This document shows positions 36,903 to 48,739 of a stretch of 64,000 nt of DNA, piece after piece. The DNA is from Octopus sinensis (Eukaryota): positions 170,314,001 to 170,378,000 of the forward strand of contig NC_042997.1 of NCBI RefSeq assembly GCF_006345805.1. The letters are read 5' to 3'. The notes beneath the pieces were generated by a model. That model was not told the origin of the DNA. It ran no database searches and was given only the letters and a program-made list of their open reading frames with translations. Positions within the stretch are counted from its first letter, which is position 1; the number at the start of each line of letters is the position of its first letter. The position numbers and the translations under genes were made by a program.

Positions 36903-36949
36903 GGGCACTTCTGGCTGATGAGACACAACATGTTGAAATACCAGTGTCC
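36903..36949 (+). ncRNA. Candidate minimal/degenerate hammerhead ribozyme
   Basis: CTGG-CTGATGA-GACA(CAACA)TGTT-GAAA-TA-CCAG, with stem I extended by GGGCA/TGTCC. Stem III is essentially absent. Confidence 0.4.
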
Positions 36950-37344
36950 TGGAATCTCTTGCGCTGATGAATGAAAGGTTTTATGAACACATAGTCATCG
37001 TAAAGGAAGAGCAATTCTGTGACAAACAGAACAGCTGTTAGCATGTTTGCCTTTGAATCTGCTGGAATGTATCAAAAGAATAAATATGCAAGTTATCAAA
37101 TAATATAAATGTTGGCTGTAAAATAGTTTCTTAAAAAAGTTGTTTAATGACATTGTGATCAAGCACCCTAATAGCAACATTATTAACTTTAAAATATATG
37201 TTAAATTTTCTGTTGGTTAGACTTTAAGCTTAGCTTATGAATACTTTTAGAGGTCTTTGATGAGTTAATGCTAATAAGAATATAACTTTTTAGACTCTTA
37301 ATTCTAATCTTTAAAAATAAATCATTTTTCAGTATTTACATCTA

Positions 37345-37505
37345 CATTCTGTTAAGTGGTTGTCATTAGGAAGGCCATCCAACTGTAGAAACTGTGCCAA
37401 AGCAGGCACAGAACTTAACAGAGCCCTCTGGCTTGTCTGATCTTTCAAGTATCCAATCCATGTCAGCATGGTTAAAAAAAAGGGTGTTAAATGATGATGG
37501 TGATG
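37345..37505 (+). mobile_element. Decayed RTE-tail retroposon
   Basis: GGTTGTCATTAGGAAGGCCATCCAACTGTAGAAAC...GTTAAATGATGATG. Confidence 0.7.
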
Positions 37506-37881
37506 ACATTTTGATTGGTTTGATCTCTGACTGTCATTGAGTGTCTTATTCCTGGATATATATGTTGTGCTGGACTGGATTTAAATTAGCAACATTTCAT
37601 TTTGAAACTAATGACTATAATGCTTTTATCCACTGTGTTACTGGCACACTGACTAAAGATGAGGGTAACTGTCCTTGAATAACTTGTTTTGACAAGAGTA
37701 TTGGTGACTTGCATTAAAAAAATGTAAACAAATAGTACTCATTAGGCATTCATTGGAGAGTAACATATCCAGGCTGTCACACTGCACTCATTAACCAATC
37801 TGTTCCTGTCAAGCCTTCTCCAAACTCGTCTTCCTCCACTCTTCTCACTGCAGTACTACCTATGCAGCTGCTGTAGAAATG

Positions 37882-38297
37882 GGATCTTTTTGGTTTGAAC
37901 GGCAGTTTTTAACATAATTTCTAGGTAACTAAAAAATTTTAAACTTCGTATACTGGCAGAATGTGTTTATAAAACATCTTTTTCTCTTGGCTTTATTGAG
38001 AAAGTTCTATAGCTTGTAAGATATTTGTTGTTTTTTTTCTTCAATTTCTGCAATTTCAACCAATGAAATATGTCTATTGAGGTAAAAAACATTCTATGCC
38101 GTATGAATATGTCCCTTGTTTAAGAAACAGATTGGGTTTACTTACATTTGTGAAGAAAAAAAGATACCCTTCCCCCACCCCTAACCCTAATCCTAAAACA
38201 GATTGAAATGCAATAGATCGATACTAGGGTCATAATTATGGGCGACAATTTCATATGACACCACTAGAAAAAACTGCCGTTCAAACCGAAAAGATCC
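37882..38297. mobile_element. Merlin-like MITE, second copy
   Basis: TIRs GGATCTTTTTGGTTTGAACGGCAG / CTGCCGTTCAAACCGAAAAGATCC; 8-bp TSD TAGAAATG (37874-37881 and 38298-38305). Confidence 0.88.
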
Positions 38298-38935
38298 TAG
38301 AAATGTACATATTTCATCCCCCTTTTGTGCTACCAGTTATCCTTCTTCTTGGAATCATTTCCTTTGTCACCTATCCCCTATTCTGAAAATCATCCCTTAC
38401 TACTGTATTTTCCACTGAACACCCTCTCATATCTGCCATTATGGTCCATCGCTCACCTTCACTTGTCACTCACTACATTCACCCCTCCAAACCTCTGATC
38501 TTAGTCTTTGTCACTATGCACCTCTATCTCACTCCTCCACTCTTCCTATCATCACTCTATTTTCTTTCATCTTCCTTCCAAGCTGAGAGTGCTATTGACT
38601 ATGCTTCCACTCATGTTCACCATTCACTGCATTTACCTGTATCCCTATCTCTATCTCTCACTCTTCTTTTATATTTTTGTGAACTTAACCCTCCACCTTG
38701 CCTGATCTTCTGTTCCTGTTCTCTCTTATATTCAAGTTGATGGATGATGAATCCATGTAGAATTATGTATCTTACTTATTGCTATGTAATCTAGGATAAG
38801 TCTCTCAGTAAATTTTGGCTTATGTAAGAAAAAAACATATCTGTGTATGAGTATTACTTTCTTACATGTATAAAATTTGAGTTTACCAAGATTCTCTGAA
38901 TTATTTCTACAAAATCTGATGTTTTTGTTTTTCAG

Positions 38936-39001
38936 TGTAGATCAAGTTGTACGGATATATGATCGACATGGCGTGCTAAAGAATTCCATAAATCTACAAG
39001 G
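38936..39001 (+). CDS. WDR19: WDR19/IFT144 exon
   Basis: TTTTTCAG acceptor and GTAAGA donor, 66 nt, phase 2 to 2. VDQVVRIYDRHGVLKNSINLQG matches [22 protein letters not shown]. Confidence 0.93.
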
Positions 39002-39207
39002 GTAAGAATTACTTTTCTTTATGTTGTTTTCCTTTTTCTTTTTCTTTCTCCCCTTCTCTCAATCTGAGTTACTCTATTTGATATAAAAAACAGTTCTTAA
39101 AATTTAAGTTTGTGTGCCTTTAAGAGTGGCAACTTCTGGTTTTGGACAGAACCAAACAAGATCCTTACTGAAAGAAATGACAAGTGTGTTGGAAGGTTAT
39201 GAAAGAA

Positions 39208-39430
39208 AGGCGGCGAGCTGGCTGAAACGTTAGCACGCTGGTGAAATGCGTAGCTGTATTTCGTCTGCTGTTACGTTCTGAGTTCAAATTCCGCCAAAGT
39301 CGACTTTGCCTTTCATCCTTTCAGGGTTAATAAATTAAGTACCAGTTACGCATTGGGGTCGATATAATTGACTTAATCCGTTGGTCTGTCCTTGTTTGTC
39401 CTCTCTGTGTTTAGCCCCTTAAAGAAATAG
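39208..39430 (+). mobile_element. tRNA-derived SINE (GTCGACTTTGCC family)
   Basis: GGCGGCGAGCTGGC...GTCGACTTTGCCTTTCATCC...AAAGAAATAG. Confidence 0.9.
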
Positions 39431-39752
39431 GTTATGAAAGAAAGAAATCAAATTCCAACACAGTTCTGTCTTAAAAATATCTTGCCTGGAACATTAGTTA
39501 AAACTCACTTGCATGCAAACTTATTTTACCAATTTTATTTGACCTAATACTTATGGATTGTGGAAAATAATTATTTCTTGAAGAGAAGGATTAGATTAAT
39601 GGAATTGTCATGGAAATTAATCAAGAGATTAGTACAACAAATGCAATGTAGTTAAAATTGCAAGCTTGTAGCTAATTTTCCCCTCAGTATGTGGGATCAC
39701 AATAGCTACAAAACATCTGTTGATTTTGAAATAGGGTTTTGAAAGAATCCTT

Positions 39753-39980
39753 ATCATCATCATCATTGTTTAACATCCGCTTTCCATGCTAGCATGGGTT
39801 AGACGATTTGACTGAGGGCTGGCAAACCAGATGGCTGCACCAGGCTCCAATCTTGATTTGGCAGAGTTTCTACAGCTGGATGCCCTTCCTAACACCAATC
39901 ACTCCGAGAGTGTAGTGGGTGCTTTTACATGCCACTGGCATGAGGGCCAGTCAGGTGGTACTGGCAACGGTCACGGAAAA
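39753..39980 (-). mobile_element. RTE-tail retroposon
   Basis: (TCA)n tail, then CCATGCTAGCATGGG...CAGCTGGATGCCCTTCCTAAC. Confidence 0.85.
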
Positions 39981-40194
39981 TTGTGTTTTTTATTTATTTA
40001 TTTATTTTTTATTTTATTTTTTTTTAATAATTATTATTATGATGTATTTTCAGTAATTTCATGCCAGTTTTTCAATGTACAACCAGGTACCTCTGTGTTT
40101 TTGAGGTATTTTTTCAGTATTATTTTTTGGAGTATTATACACTATACTGTGAGGGTTTCTCTTGTAATGTGAATGTACATGTTTGGCAGAGTGC

Positions 40195-40775
40195 CAGTGT
40201 TCTGAGAGAGAAGTTAGGCGAAAGAAGAATTGGTTGCTGTGTGCAAGAGAGGAGACTGTGCTAGTTTGGTCAAGTGCTGCAGATGGATGCTGACAGCTCC
40301 ATAAAGAAGTGTTGATCTCTCAATGTGGATGGAACACGTGGAAGTGGGAGACTCAGGAAGACATGGGATGAAGTACTGAAGAATGACCTCAGGTAGCTGA
40401 ACCTTTCAGGTGAGATGACAAAGGACCGAGATATCTGGCACCTGACCATACTCAAGAAGACCCATACCCTGCAGCAGAATAGTGAAGACTTTTCCTTCTG
40501 GTTGTGTAAACCACTTGTGGTGGTGCCATTTAAAAGTGGCTGTGAAGTGACACGTAGAAGCACCTGTGCGGCAACACATAAAAGCACCTGTGTGGTGTCA
40601 CGTAAAAGCATTCAGCACACTCTGTAAAGTGGTTGGTGTTAGGAAGGGCATCCAGCTGTAGAAACCATGCCAAACCAGACTGGAGTCTGATGCAGCCCCC
40701 ACCCCAGCTTTCCAGCTCTGGTCACACCATCCAACCCATGCTAGCATGGACAACGGACGTTAAATAATGATGATA
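40195..40775 (+). mobile_element. Decayed RTE LINE 3' fragment (ORF end + 3' UTR)
   Basis: Translates to VLREKLG.RRIGCCVQERRL...KTWDEVLKNDLR...KDRDIW with stops, homologous to 61940-62200; ends with an RTE tail and GAT repeat. Confidence 0.85.
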
Positions 40776-40819
40776 ATCTTTTCTACTCTAGGCTCAAGGC
40801 CCGAAATTTTGGGGGAGGG

Positions 40820-40990
40820 GGCCAGTCGATTCGATCGACCCCAGTATGCAACTGGTACTTAATTTATTGACCCCGAAAGGATGAAAGTCAAAGTCGACCT
40901 CAGCGGAATTTGAACTCAGAACGTAATAACAGACGAAATACTGCTATGCATTTTGCCCGGCATGCTAATGTTTCTGCCAGCTCGCCGCCT
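40820..40990 (-). mobile_element. tRNA-derived SINE (GTCGACTTTGCC family)
   Basis: GAAAGGATGAAAGTCAAAGTCGACC...GCCAGCTCGCCGCC. Confidence 0.85.
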
Positions 40991-41734
40991 TGATGTTCCC
41001 TGTGTTGCTCAGTTTTTATGAACAATGTTTCAGTATTGTTATTTGTGTACAATATGTACTGTCAGCTTTTGAACCGAGTCATGTTTAGGAATATTTTTTT
41101 GGGATTGTGTGCCAAATTATAATATATGAAGCTGTACTGATACTTTTTCCATGATTTTTTTACATCATACACATTGCATCAGTTATTATCTGTATCATTT
41201 TTACTCTTACACTCCAGATATGGCTTACTTCTGTTTTGAGGTCCTTGTATTTTGTAGCTTTCCAACTTAATTCCATTGGCTGAATAACCGTCTCCTTCCA
41301 GAAATACCCTAAGATTTAATGACTCATTTGTTTTTTTTTCTACTACCAAAACTTCCAGTCTTGTCACCATTTATTTATCATCTCTCTTTCAAACTGTATA
41401 CATACTCTACTACACAAATTCATGAAAGATCTGATTGTGATGCATCATATAATTTTTCTGTTAGCCCTAAAAAACTGCACTCAGATTTCTTGTTGGTTTC
41501 TGACTCTGTCTGTGATTCATTAGTGTATTAAGTTTGTCTATTGTACCAGTTCTTGCCTGATGCTTGTTTATCCAATTCTTATGAGAGTGTGTTGTTTGAG
41601 TCATACTATTAAAATGAAAACTCCTTTCTTAATATGAAGACTGTACCTAGGATTGCTATTTTTTGGGCTTTGCTGAGTTTGCACTCTGATACAGTTTTTA
41701 TGTTTTTGTTCATATATTTTTTTCAACATACTCT

Positions 41735-41924
41735 TTACTTGTTGTGACTGTGGCCATGCTGGAGCACCACCTTTAGTCAAGCAAATCGACCCCAGAACTT
41801 ATTCTTTGTAAGCCTAGTACTTATTCTATTGGTCTCTTTTGCTGAACTGCTAAGTTATGGTGATGTAAACACACCACCATTGGTTGTCAAGTGATGTTGG
41901 GGGAACAAACACAGACACGCAAAC

Positions 41925-41957
<33 letters not shown>

Positions 41958-42122
41958 TATATACGATGGGCTTCTTTCAGTTTCCGTCTACCAAATCCAC
42001 TCACAAGACTTTGGTCGGCCTGAGGTTATAGTAGAAGACTTTTGCCCAAGGTGCCATGCAGTGGGACTGAACCCAGAATCATGTGTTTGGTAAGCAAGCT
42101 ACTTACTACACAGCCACTCCTG
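41735..42122 (-). mobile_element. CORE-type SINE
   Basis: Near-complete reverse-complement family copy with internal (CA)n. Confidence 0.88.
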
Positions 42123-42451
42123 TGCCAATGATACACAGGGATCCAATTATTATTGGTACTATTTTTCCCTTTCATAACCCATATCCTGCTTATTTCAATT
42201 TCAAGATCCTTATATTTTTGCACATAATGACCTCCTTCCAAGCAATATTTTGTTCAAGAAAATCAGATGTTTATCAAGAATTCAAATAATTTTGTTCCAA
42301 ACTTTAATAATTATATCTGTATAGTTTGTCTTCATCTCCTTGTCAATCTGGACAGACATGTTCCACATAACATATTAATGTGATATAATCCTTGAGTATA
42401 ATCCGCATTTTTTCCAAAATTTAAAGGTCAAAATCCCTAGTGCGTACTATA

Positions 42452-43823
42452 TCATCATCATCATCATCATCATTTAGCGTCCGTTTTCCATGCTAGCATG
42501 GGTTGGACGGTTCAACTGGGGTCTGGGGAGCCCGAAGGCTGCACCAGGCCAGTCAGATCTGGCAGTGTTTCTACAGCTGGATGCCCTTCCTAACGCCAAC
42601 CACTCCGAGAGTGTAGTGGGTGATTTTATGTGCCACCGACACAGGTGCCAGACGAGGCTGGCGAACGGCCACGCTCGGATGGTGTTTTTATGTGCCACCG
42701 ACACAGGTGCCAGACGAGGCTGGCAGACGGCCACGCTCGGATGGTGTTTTTATGTGCCACCGACACAGGTGCCAGATGAGGCTGGCAGGTGCCAGACGAG
42801 GCTGGCAGACGGCCACGCTCGGATGGTGTTTTTATGTGCCACCGACACAGGTGCCAGATGAGGCTGGCGGACGGCCACGATCGGATGGTGTTTGTTACGT
42901 CCCCAAAGCACGGAGGCCAGTCTATGCGGTACTGGCTACGGCCACGTTCGGATGATTTTCTTGTGTGCCACCGGCACTGGTACCACAAAGATACAAATTC
43001 CATTTATGCTCATCTATTTTGATTTGTTTTGATTTGATTTGATTTTCACTTGCCTCAACAGGTCTTCACAAGTGTCACTTGCCTCAACAGGTCTTCACAA
43101 GTGTCACAAGAAGGAAGGTATGCACAGGTGGACTGTCTACGTCGCCGGGTCTTCGGATGGTGTCTTTTATGTGCCACCGACACAGGTGCCAGATGTGGCT
43201 GGCGAACGGCCACGATCGGATGGTTTTCTTGTGTGCCACCGGTACTGGAACCACAAAGATACAAATTCCATTGATGTTCATCTATTTTGATTTGGTTTGA
43301 TTTTGATTTTCACTTGCCTCAACAGGTCTTCACAAGTGTCACGCGTGTCCTTGTGTGCCACCGGTACTGGAACCACAAAGATACAAATTCCATTGATGTT
43401 CATCTATTTTGATTTGGTTTGATTTTCACTTGCCTCAACAGGTCTTCACAAGTGTCACGCGTGTCACACACTTGCCTCAACAGGTCTCCACAAGTGTCAC
43501 ACACTTGCCTCTGCCTCAACAGGTCTTCACAAAGTGTGTCACACACTTGCCTCTGCCTCAACAGGTCTTCACAAGTGTCATAAGAGGGAAGGTATGCACA
43601 GGTGGACTGACTACGTCGCCGGGTCTTGGATGGTGTTTTTATGTGCCACCGACACAGGTGCCAGGTGAGGCTGGCGAACGGCCACGATCAGATGGTGTTT
43701 GTTGTGCCCACAGCACGGAGGCCAGTCGATGCGGTACCAGCTACGGCCACTTCGGATGGTTTTCTTGTGTGCCACCGGTACTGGAACCACAAAGATACAA
43801 ATTCCATTGATATTCATCTATTT
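42452..43823 (-). mobile_element. RTE 3'-UTR-derived insertion expanded into a modular tandem array
   Basis: (TCA)n tail at 42452 and RTE terminus to about 42620, then repeated modules A (62 bp), B (~60 bp) and C (~30 bp). Confidence 0.85.
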
Positions 43824-43915
43824 TGAGAGGTTAAAACTGAAAAATATTTTCTAAGCAATGTCTGGGTCTTTATTTGCTGTCCGGCAATGTTTATTCGGGC
43901 ACAAAAATACCTTAA

Positions 43916-44999
43916 CCCTTTTGTTACTATATTTCTGACCAAAATACACCCCTCATGAGGTTCAATTAAATTCTAAAATAATCATGAATCTAGGCTTGTT
44001 TCATTAAATAACTGTAACTTTTTTACTTATCAACATATTAATGTGATATTTGGAACATAATTAAAGAAAGGGTTCTTAATCAATTCTATTGCATAACTTT
44101 TGTCTCAAAGTGACTTTAATTACAGGTAAATCCAGGTAAATTGAGCAAAAGGTAAAAATATTAAAATTTTGTTTAAACATCACCATAGAAAATGAATCAT
44201 CAGCTAATATTCAAATGGGTATGCAACAAAATTTTGATAAAGAAGAATTGTGCACATCACTATATCATCAGTTGAATTTAATGCACAACAGGTGTACCAT
44301 AAAGGTGGAATAAAGTGAAATACTGGAATCCACTGTAAGTTTGACCGAAGTAAAGAAATCGGTCAAAAAATAATATACGGCCCTGGTTATGGTATGGAAG
44401 TGATAAATTCCAGACCACATCGTTCCCTAGGCCATGCTGACTAACATTATTTTCCCTGTATAAAAACTAAATTCACACAGTACCCAGTATTTGCTTCACA
44501 AATTTTCCGAAATTTGAACCCCCATTTTGTGTTTGTTTACAATCTGCGTAAGTTTGTTTCCGCATTGATCGCTTCAAACAATAACTTCCAGACCACATCA
44601 TACCCTAAGCCATGCTGACTAACATAAGTTTCCCTGTATAAAAACTAAATCCACAACAGTACCCAGTATTTGTTTCACAAATTTTCCAGTTCGGAATCAA
44701 TGTTTGATAACATTAAACTCCTATCCATTTTCAAAGTTGAAGAAAAATCGATGCCAAAAAAAATGTGGAAAAAAATCTCCCAAAATTCAGGGAATTAAAA
44801 TTACACGTCGATCGTTGTACAAAACTGTAGATGAATTGTTTACGAAGCATAATCACGTGTTTTCACGAATGTACTAAAGAGATTTGCTCTGATATTCTCA
44901 TTTAAATATGAATAGGTAAATTCGGGCGGGTTTGGGCGGTTTGGTCACATTAACCAAAATTTTTTTCGGGCGGCTTTGGGCGGTTTGGTAACGAAAAGG
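43916..44999. mobile_element. piggyBac-like non-autonomous element
   Basis: TTAA(43912-43915)-CCCTTTTGTTACTA ... TGGTAACGAAAAGG-TTAA(45000-45003). Same TIR family as 14643-14863. Confidence 0.85.
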
Positions 45000-45856
45000 T
45001 TAAGCTAAGTCTGAAAGCAATGAAGTCATAAAAGAATCATCCATAACTTGCAGTAAACAACATTTATTAAAATAAAAGTATTCAGAACACAGAATAACAT
45101 GTAACAAAAACAATTTACAAACATATTTACATTCCCATATAACAGTTAAGAACATCACCATTATTGTATTACACATGCGCAGAAGTATTTGTTCGACTAG
45201 GTGCTGCTGGCTTAATTACGCATGACTCAAGTTAGAGAAGAGGTGTGTATTATACACAAGGTTTAAGTTTTTCAGAGGTACAGCCCCCTAAAAATCCCCT
45301 GTGTATTATACTCAAGGGTGGACTATACTCGAGGATTTACGGTAATTATCCAAATAACTATACAACAAATCAATCTAATTAACATACCACTGACAAATCC
45401 TTAACAGTGATGTTGGATAGTGAATATAACTGCTGATTCAACATGTCAGAGCAGATAGAAATGTTTCAGTTAATTGTCTCATTGTACTGATTACATTAGC
45501 CTGCACTTAATGTTAGCTTCTTGTTTCACTAGTTTCTTCTTATTGTTATTTGTGGTTAGACATTTCATCCTGTACATCTAAAATCGTACTTTCTGATTCC
45601 GATTTTAGCTCAGAGCTTTTGAGCTGTTCTTAGCTTTTACTCTGGCTTACTTCTTCCTTTCTGTTGGGTCTTTCAGTGTATCAGCTATGGAGTGATTTTT
45701 CTCTCCAATTTATATTTTTAGCATATTTTGGAATTCTGTTTTGATTTTGTGTTTTGTTATTTTTAGTAATTTTTGTTGTTTTATCCTTATCTGAATCTAT
45801 TTTTTTGTTCAGTTAGCTCTCAGCTTATACTTCATTTGATATATATATATATATAT

Positions 45857-46451
45857 ATAAAAATTTTGCAATTAAGGACAACTACTTAATAAGGAAAACT
45901 TAACAAGAAATTGTCAGGTAGATAGCGTAAAAACCTCATAAGAGAAAAAATTTCGAAAATAATTATTTCTTATTGAACATATTAATTTATATATAGAGGG
46001 CATAATTATACATACATGCCAGGAGGCATTATATATACATGCCGAACGCTAAGAGGGACAATCAGTCATTTCTACCAAAAATATTACTAATCCCACCGAA
46101 TGCAATTTTTCAAAGTAAGACATTTAAAAATATAGGCCTGTATCACAGTGATTTCATACTTACGTAATCATCAGCAGGCCTGAATGTATTATAAATAAAC
46201 AACGACCCTGCCTCGCTTAAGCCGAACAGCTAACTGATCAACATCAACGAAGCACATGGGTGAGTTTATATATATTACATCCGGGTGAATGGCAACTTTT
46301 ACAAAATTGCATTTCGGGAGAGGAAAAGTTTTTTCGGAATAAAAATTTTGCAATTAAGGACAACTACTTAATAAGGAAAACTTAACAAGAAATTGTCAGG
46401 TAGATAGCGTAAAAACCTCATAAGAGAAAAAATTTCGAAAATAATTATGCC

Positions 46452-46462
<11 letters not shown>
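45857..46462 (-). mobile_element. ORF-less 482-bp hammerhead-bearing unit with terminal redundancy (retrozyme or solo Penelope pseudo-LTR)
   Basis: 45857-45966 is repeated at 46339-46448 (period 482). A 22-bp inverted tail at 46441-46462 mirrors 45988-46009. Flanked by (TA)n; contains a hammerhead at 46134-46181. Confidence 0.75.
46134..46181 (-). ncRNA. Type I hammerhead ribozyme (minimal, palindromic stem III)
   Basis: Minus strand reads AGGCCUG-CUGAUGA-U-UAC-GUAA-GUA-U-GAAA-UCAC-U-GUGA-UA-CAGGCCU: perfect 7-bp stem I, intact core, GNRA-capped stem II, AUA cleavage triplet. Confidence 0.8.
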
Positions 46463-46486
<24 letters not shown>

Positions 46487-47232
46487 ATGCCAGCATGGAA
46501 GGCAGACGTTAGCACATATAAAAAAAAGGCACTGTGACACATACCAAGCAATTGGTATAAAAAATTTGTTTGTGAGGAGTGGTAGCTCCCCTTGTTCCCT
46601 TATTAGCTACACCACTGTCTAGGACCACATCATTCAGTGCATTGTACCTTTATAAAAATTTTGTTGTGGGATCTAAGGGTGATTCAGCTATCATTTTCAA
46701 CAGGCTGAATGGTCACATAGAATCTTTGCTATTGGTTTGTTAGAATTTTGTTCTTGTAGGCAATAAAAAAAGGTAAAACTGTTCATTTAAATATAATAAG
46801 CCTAAATGTAGAATTTGGACTAACAGTACAAAATATACTGGAGTCTGAGAACTGTAACTTGCTATGTGGCTTGGATGTTGTTTAATCCCAAGTCATTTGT
46901 GGTTGAGTAAACCTGTGATCAAAAAAATTCTGTGGCCATACCATCTTTTGTTGAGACATGGTGTATTTAAGCTTGTAGGGTGTGATTTGAAGAAGCTTTG
47001 ATTTCTATTTACAGTAGGTTAAACAATCATATAGAGTCTTTCTCATTGGTTCCTGTTGGGATGTTTTTCTAACATCTGAAAGCCTTACACTATCTGTTCA
47101 CTGTGCTTTTTTTGCAAAAGTACTCAACTCTCAATGGCTCACTCCACTGGAAATACAAAATGTATCTGTGAATTGAAGATAGTTTGCTCACAGCACACCT
47201 GACACAGCATTTGGCAGAAGGTTACACATGTT

Positions 47233-47468
47233 AAGGCGGCAAGCTGTTAGAAACATTAGCATGCCGGGTGAAATGCTTAGTGGTATTTTGTCTGCTGGTA
47301 CGATCTGAGTTCAAATTCCACCAAGGTCGACTTTGCCTTTCATCTTTTCGGGGTCAATTAAATAAGTACCAGTTATGCACTAGGGTCGAAATAATTGACT
47401 TAATCTGTTTGTCTGTCCTTGTTTGTCCCCTCTGTGTTTAGCCCCTTGTGGGCACTAAAGACATAAGA
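47233..47468 (+). mobile_element. tRNA-derived SINE (GTCGACTTTGCC family)
   Basis: AAGGCGGCAAGCTG...GAGTTCAAATTCC...GTCGACTTTGCCTTTCATC. Confidence 0.85.
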
Positions 47469-47573
47469 AGGTTACACATATATTTCTTGTTACATTTATC
47501 TTATTCCTTACTTTGCTTTGATAAAGGATCTGCCTGAAATGTCAATCTGCTGACTGACATTTATAGCATACAT

Positions 47574-47775
47574 TTAACCCTTTAGCATTTAAACCGGCCA
47601 TATCCAGCCCAAATATTCTACCCATTTTATGGTCAAACTGGTCAGATCCAGCTTCTCACACCTGTCTGACCATGTCATTCTTAAAATAAAACAATCACAT
47701 CATCAAAACCCCGAAGCTATGAAGTAATGCATGACGAACTCAGAAGAATGTGAACAAATATGTGAACATTTGACA
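47574..47775. mobile_element. piggyBac-like MITE fragment (CCCTTTAGCATT TIR)
   Basis: TTAA-CCCTTTAGCATTTAAACCGGCC. A related end, AATGCTAAGGGG-TTAA, occurs at about 54000-54290. Confidence 0.55.
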
Positions 47776-47777
<2 letters not shown>

Positions 47778-47820
<43 letters not shown>

Positions 47821-48020
47821 TAATAATAATGATAATAATTAATAATAATAATTAATAATAATAATAATAATAATAAATAATAATAATAATAATAATAATG
47901 ATAATAATTAATAATAATAATAATAATAAAATAATAATAATAATAATAATAATAATTAATAATAATTAATAATAATAATAATAATAACAATTAATAATAA
48001 TTAATAATAATAATAATAAT
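47778..48020. repeat. (AAT)n microsatellite, about 240 bp
   Basis: Interrupted AAT/ATT/GAT triplets. Confidence 0.95.
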
Positions 48021-48064
48021 AGTCATTGTCGTCGCTGCCGCTGCCACCACCACCACCACCACCA

Positions 48065-48300
48065 CATCATCATCATCATTATTATTTAATGTCTGTTGTC
48101 CATGCCGGCATGGGTTGAATGGTTTGACCAGAGCTGACAAGATAGAATGCTGCACCAGATTCCAGTCTAATTTGGTATGGTTTCTATGGCTGGATGCCCT
48201 TCCTAATGCCAATCACTCTGAGAGTGTTATGGGTGTTCTTATGTGCCACTGGCATGGGTGCCATTTGCATGACACCAGTATCTGCCACAGCTGCAATTTT
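48065..48300 (-). mobile_element. RTE-tail retroposon
   Basis: (CAT)n tail, CCATGCCGGCATGGG, GGCTGGATGCCCTTCCTAATGCC. Confidence 0.8.
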
Positions 48301-48739
48301 ACTTGGCTTGATGGGTCTTCTTAAGCACTAGGTAATGCCTCTGTAAGATCCAACACTTGCTGAATGATAAAGGATTATGGCCTAGTGAATAGTGTACTAT
48401 TGACTGGGTACGTTTTTTTTGTGATTTTTTGTGTTTTTTTTTGAATTTTTGTCTACCTGTTGTAACCTTTCACTTTATCTGTCTCTTATTTTCCCTCATT
48501 CTATTTGTGCTATTTCACCTATCAAATAAGCATCACAACCTGGACTCAATCAAACCAGCAAGGAAGAACCTCGTGGTTGCTTGACCTACTAGAGATAGCA
48601 GCCATCAAATTTCTATAAAATCATGCCTTGCTATCTTTTAAAAAGAATAAGGAAGAACATATTTGATAACGTAGTCACCGTCATGATGATAAAGATGATG
48701 ATGACCATCATCACACCACCACCACCACCACCACCACCA

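Larger units (their letters stand above)
42384..45344. mobile_element. pogo/Tc2-like MITE split by two nested insertions
   Basis: Segments 42384-42451, 43824-43915 and 45000-45344 join into the element at 9516-10017; ends GAGGATTTACGG-TA. Confidence 0.8.

Noticed and set aside
43040-43580. CRISPR-like look of the ~30-bp repeats CACTTGCCTCAACAGGTCTTCACAAGTG
   Set aside because: Eukaryotic context, no cas genes, and spacers are absent or themselves repeated. The motif is an RTE 3'-UTR module.
42474-43826. Multiple 65-133-aa ORFs on both strands
   Set aside because: By-products of the GC-rich tandem array, with no domain-like content.
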